NCBI GenBank assembly: GCA_016839945.1
Contig: JAEOTE010000056.1
Coordinates: 1-40,165 of the forward strand
Direction: 5' to 3'
Source: Candidatus Heimdallarchaeota archaeon
GTDB taxonomy: Archaea; Asgardarchaeota; Heimdallarchaeia; Heimdallarchaeales; Heimdallarchaeaceae
Length of the DNA stretch: 40,165 nt
Part shown: positions 36,260 to 40,165 of the stretch, piece by piece
Layout: each line of letters opens with the position of its first letter
Numbering within the stretch: position 1 is the first letter of the stretch
The notes under the pieces: generated by a model
Told to the model about the DNA's origin: nothing
Database searches by the model: none
What the model saw: only the letters and a program-made list of their open reading frames with translations
Position numbers and translations under genes: made by a program

Positions 36260-38146
36260 CTAAATTTTATTCATTCTTCTTTTTTTTCTAGAAAAATAGC
36301 TACTTAAAGCAATTGTAGCTATTATTGTAGCTGTTATGCCAAAGGGTGAAAGTTGCGGAGTCGTTTGTGTTGGTAATTCTATAATAAAAACAACAGAAGT
36401 ATTGAATTGATTTCCTGCTTTATCCACAGCCATAACAATCACACTATACTCGCCACTTAAAACATAATTGTGGTAAGCATAGTTTTCATCTGTGACATTA
36501 GACACTGTTCCATCATCCCAATCTATGTAGACATACCATACTCCAGAATAATCATCACTGTAGTTGAAATATAACTCCACATATCCATCTGTTATATTTA
36601 CAGAGTTATCAGTATGAGATAATATATTAGCATCTGGACCATCAAAATCCAAGATGATATGAGTAGAAATGTTATTTGATGTTCCCAATGAATTATTCAC
36701 ATAGAGTGTTGTAGTGTATCTATTAGTAACAACTGCATATGTATAATTGAATGAGTGAGTTTCATCAAGAGGTAGTATATCCAATGGGGAACCATCATCA
36801 TAGTCAAAGAGAACACCTGTGATATTTCCTCTAGCTAATTCAATTTCATAAGAAAATGTAATCTTTTCATCATTGAAGTATGTTTCATTCAAAGGTCTAA
36901 GTGTTAGTTGAGGACGCGAATCATAGATATTTAAGAAATATAACGCACCCGTTGTTTCGTTGTAAATCTCCCCATAATAAATATTGTATGCTTGATAATA
37001 AAGTCTGTTTCCAACATCATACGGTCCCAGTAAAAGAGAATATTCTCTTACAGTATCATTGTTACCATTGCCTTTTGTCACATTATATTCTGTCTCAAAA
37101 ATGGCTTCTTCCATGGTCCAAGAAACAATTTCTGTATCATTTGTCGAACTTTCTACAACATAATACCCAATTCCAAAAGTTTCAGAATCGGTGGCGTTGT
37201 ATGATGTAATAGTAATATTAACTTGATCAACTTCAGTGTGAGGTTCTGATAGAAATGTTTTGGATTCAAAGTGAAACCCATTGTTTATTTTGTAAACATT
37301 CAATGTTTCTTCTAGCAACCCCGTATCTCCCCATGTATCCCATCCATATGAGTTGTTAGCACTGAAATAAATCGTTCTTTCTGATAGAGTCAATGTTGTA
37401 TTGAATACTTCATATGTAGATGTTGATATATTTGCCCAAACCATAGGTATGAATACAATCTCACTATCAAATATGTCTAAAGAAGCGTTTGTAATTTTAT
37501 CACGATAAACAGATAATGCAAGAGTCACAGAATCATTTTCTGTAGCTCCATATACTCTGTATGAGATAACTATTGTATGATTTGTTTTGTTTGCGGGTGA
37601 ATAATATACATAAGGAACTCCTGTTGTTGTTGCGTTTATAATAGAATGGAAATCAGGGGGAGTACCTTCTTCATTTACATAGAGATAATGCCATGGACCT
37701 AGATGATTGAAATTCTCCAACTGTTCATAGGTGCCATTTGTGATATCTCCTATCCATCCATATGCTTTGAAGTAAGCGTTTTCTGTAAGCTTAAAAGTAC
37801 CTGTGTAATATGAACGCTCTTTGATTGATTCTGAGAAATTCAAAGCTAAACCATTACTTGGATCTAGCTCAAAATCAGAACCATTTCCAACTAAAACAAT
37901 TCCACTTAAATCACCAGAATAAAGACGACTAATTGAGTACTCTACGGTTATTAGCGTACCATTTGGGAAATTAATTTGTTCTTCACTTTGAGCACCTTCT
38001 CCAATTAGGTTTTCAAGAATCGGTTCAGAACTTACAATGTATGCTGTTGTATGTAGTGTTTGATTTACCACAATACTAAACAGAAATGTGGTTATTATTA
38101 GTAATGCAAGTGCTTTGTTTTTCTGCAATCTCTTCACTTCAACCAT
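36260..38146 (-). CDS. Secreted surface glycoprotein with PKD domain(s) and C-terminal sorting/anchor signal
   Basis: Signal peptide after MVEVKRLQKNK (start moved to ATG 38146); IDWDDG...HNY...GEY...AVDKAGN PKD; tail TTPQLSPFG + TM + RKKRR. Confidence 0.8.
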   Translation of the reverse strand: MVEVKRLQKNKALALLIITTFLFSIVVNQTLHTTAYIVSSEPILENLIGEGAQSEEQINFPNGTLITVEYSISRLYSGDLSGIVLVGNGSDFELDPSNGLALNFSESIKERSYYTGTFKLTENAYFKAYGWIGDITNGTYEQLENFNHLGPWHYLYVNEEGTPPDFHSIINATTTGVPYVYYSPANKTNHTIVISYRVYGATENDSVTLALSVYRDKITNASLDIFDSEIVFIPMVWANISTSTYEVFNTTLTLSERTIYFSANNSYGWDTWGDTGLLEETLNVYKINNGFHFESKTFLSEPHTEVDQVNITITSYNATDSETFGIGYYVVESSTNDTEIVSWTMEEAIFETEYNVTKGNGNNDTVREYSLLLGPYDVGNRLYYQAYNIYYGEIYNETTGALYFLNIYDSRPQLTLRPLNETYFNDEKITFSYEIELARGNITGVLFDYDDGSPLDILPLDETHSFNYTYAVVTNRYTTTLYVNNSLGTSNNISTHIILDFDGPDANILSHTDNSVNITDGYVELYFNYSDDYSGVWYVYIDWDDGTVSNVTDENYAYHNYVLSGEYSVIVMAVDKAGNQFNTSVVFIIELPTQTTPQLSPFGITATIIATIALSSYFSRKKRRMNKI

Positions 38147-38207
38147 GCTTTGTAGATGGTATTTAAAACTATTTTTATTTTTAGCAACTTTAGCATCTTT
38201 CGAATTA

Positions 38208-38762
38208 TTAAGATTGATAAGTGAAAGAATCAAAAACAACAAATGCTACGGAGCATCCATATTTTTTCTTAACTTTTAAGAAAGAACTAATTAGTTTGAA
38301 ACCAGCTTCACCCCAACTCTCATCAATAACACCTTGACGATGTTTAATCATAGCTCTCACTCCTTGAATAGCTAGTTGTTCTGTCTGATTTAGGTCACTC
38401 CCTATTTCTTCATATGCAAGCATACATTTTTCTGTGACACTATTAATTTCAACATTTATTTTTGCTAAAGCAACGCAACTTGCTAAATTCTCTCCTGTTT
38501 TTCCTGTATTCATTGCTCGAACAACATGAATAACCGAACTAAGAGGTAATAGTTTCCATTCATTATTGCAAAGAACATGAGTTGTTCCTTTATGAGAATC
38601 AATTTTAGGTGATATCTCATTAATGGGTGGAATAGAAGAAACTACAACAAGGTTTTGATATCCTAATCCAGAATTATGAAAAGCTGAATCGATAGCTTCT
38701 AGTTTTGATCTGTCTGATTCTCCAATACCTGCAGTTAGCCAGAATCTAGTAGGTGTTGACAT
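38208..38762 (-). CDS. pdaD: Pyruvoyl-dependent arginine decarboxylase-like proenzyme
   Basis: FWLTAGIGE, AIDSAF...GLGYQNLVVVSSIPP (S-S cleavage site), C-terminal YGCSVAFVV. Confidence 0.8.
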   Translation of the reverse strand: MSTPTRFWLTAGIGESDRSKLEAIDSAFHNSGLGYQNLVVVSSIPPINEISPKIDSHKGTTHVLCNNEWKLLPLSSVIHVVRAMNTGKTGENLASCVALAKINVEINSVTEKCMLAYEEIGSDLNQTEQLAIQGVRAMIKHRQGVIDESWGEAGFKLISSFLKVKKKYGCSVAFVVFDSFTYQS

Positions 38763-38858
38763 TTTCTCTTGTTTTACAAACTATAACGAATTTAAAAAAT
38801 TGTTGAAAAAAGTTATATATTTCATAATGTTATTTTTCGAAAACAAAAAACGTTTAGG

Positions 38859-40163
38859 ATGAACAAAATGGAAAACTTAGAGAGTTTCTTCAAAGAAAAG
38901 AACATTGATTTTATTCAGTATCACTTCACAACTATTTTTGGGGAATTAAAAAGTGTTGAATTTCCAGTTAATATCTGGGATGAAATGAAAAATGGAACTG
39001 GAGTTGATGGTTCCTCATTAGGTTTTCTAGAAACAGAGCAAAGTGATATGCAAGTTATACCTGATTATTCAACTGTTGCGATTATACCTTGGGAACCAAA
39101 CATTGCCCGTTTTATCTGTGATATATGTGGTAATGATGGTAAACCTCATCCTACAGACCCAAGAAGCATGTTGAAAAAGACAATAAAGAATGCAAATGAT
39201 CAAGGTTATGAATATAAAACTCGTCCTGAATTGGAATGGTTCTTTTTAGATCTTGATTTAGAACCTGCAGAATTAGGTGCTTACATGGATACACTTCCCT
39301 TTGATACTATGGGCTCTTTACGAAGAACGATAGCTAATGATATGCTCTCAATGAATATACCTGTTAAAACAATACATCATGAATGTGCTTTTGGGCAACA
39401 AGAAATAGAATTCAAAGCTTTTAATGCACTAAAACAAGCAGACAATACTCAAACTGCAAAATTAATTATTAAAGCTGAAGCAACATTTGAAGAATTAATT
39501 AGCACCTTTATGCCCAAGCCTTTTCCTGAACAAGCAGGAAGTGGACTACATATTCATCAATATCTAACGAGAGATGATATGAACATTTTTTCTGATGAAG
39601 AAAAAGGAATAAGCGATACCTTACGTCATTTTGTTGGAGGTATTTTAGAGCATGTTGATGCAATGACTGCTATTTTCAATCCTACAACAAACTCGTATAA
39701 AAGATTGGTACCAGGACATGAAGCACCTGTGTTCAAATCATGGGGAGTAGCAAATCGTACAGCTTTAATCCGAGTTCCAGGTTATGAGAAGAAAGCTAGA
39801 ATTGAATATAGAGCAACTGATGGTGCCACTAATATCTATTTAGCTTCTGCTTTATTATTAGCTGCAGGTTTAGAAGGTGTGAAAAAAAAGATAGAACCAA
39901 TCCCATCTACAACTAAAAATATTGAAAAACTTTCTAATCAAGAAATAAAAGAAATGGGAATAACTAGACTTCCTTCATCTCTAGATGAAGCATTAGATAA
40001 TCTTGAACAAAGTGATTTTGTTAAAGAAGTAGTAGGAAAAGATATACTAGAAATATTCCTTGAAGTAAAACGTGCTGAATGCAAAGGTTATCAAGAAGCT
40101 AAAGCTTCAGGTAAAGATGACGAATGGACATGGGAATATGAGAAGTACTTAGAAAGGTCATAG
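38859..40163 (+). CDS. glnA: Glutamine synthetase family protein (type I)
   Basis: DGSSL, SDM, PELEWF, HHECAFGQQEI, FMPKP, GSGLHIHQ, NSYKRLVPGHEAP, NRTALIRVP, RIEYR. Confidence 0.9.
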   Translation: MNKMENLESFFKEKNIDFIQYHFTTIFGELKSVEFPVNIWDEMKNGTGVDGSSLGFLETEQSDMQVIPDYSTVAIIPWEPNIARFICDICGNDGKPHPTDPRSMLKKTIKNANDQGYEYKTRPELEWFFLDLDLEPAELGAYMDTLPFDTMGSLRRTIANDMLSMNIPVKTIHHECAFGQQEIEFKAFNALKQADNTQTAKLIIKAEATFEELISTFMPKPFPEQAGSGLHIHQYLTRDDMNIFSDEEKGISDTLRHFVGGILEHVDAMTAIFNPTTNSYKRLVPGHEAPVFKSWGVANRTALIRVPGYEKKARIEYRATDGATNIYLASALLLAAGLEGVKKKIEPIPSTTKNIEKLSNQEIKEMGITRLPSSLDEALDNLEQSDFVKEVVGKDILEIFLEVKRAECKGYQEAKASGKDDEWTWEYEKYLERS

Positions 40164-40165
40164 AA

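Noticed and set aside
38147-38242. N-terminal extension of the PKD surface protein called by the ORF track
   Set aside because: Overlaps the pdaD 3' end; the signal peptide fits a start at 38146 (or GTG 38137)
3421-38279. Short antisense/overlapping ORFs from the track (e.g. 3421..3654, 4240..4476, 6041..6340, 7094..7378, 11259..11558, 18112..18414, 18422..18631, 26152..26619, 35452..35826, 36901..37209)
   Set aside because: Shadow frames of well-supported genes or AT-rich intergenic frames; no motifs or RBS

Overview
AT-rich archaeal chromosomal segment, very likely from an Asgard archaeon (Heimdallarchaeia-like). The evidence is archaeal/eukaryote-type PheRS, KEOPS Kae1 and Bud32, GAGGTG-type ribosome-binding sites, and many eukaryotic-signature folds (longin, roadblock, Rpn11-like JAMM, PCI-type winged helix, RING). 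About 33 CDSs; no rRNA, tRNA, CRISPR array or recognisable mobile element. The best candidate for an undescribed system is at 17.5-24.4 kb. It contains three paralogous proteins sharing a roadblock-like C-terminal domain with a KYPxVI motif (two also carry an N-terminal longin-like domain), a membrane Zn-ribbon protein, an acidic disordered tandem-repeat protein with a helix resembling the paralogs' first helix, a phosphotransferase-fold kinase, and a tail-anchored Rpn11-like JAMM protease. Other items not explained by the ORF track: a giant surface-receptor-like gene split by one in-frame TGA; a C/D-box guide sRNA at 12027-12081; an 8x winged-helix + RING protein that probably starts at a CTG 105 codons upstream of the called ORF; a GcvH homolog without its lipoyl lysine; a divergent 2-phosphoglycerate-kinase-like pair with one degenerate copy; a B12 radical SAM gene inside the KEOPS locus; and a cofE-like/folP pair. 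All fold assignments come from motif reading by eye, not from database searches.
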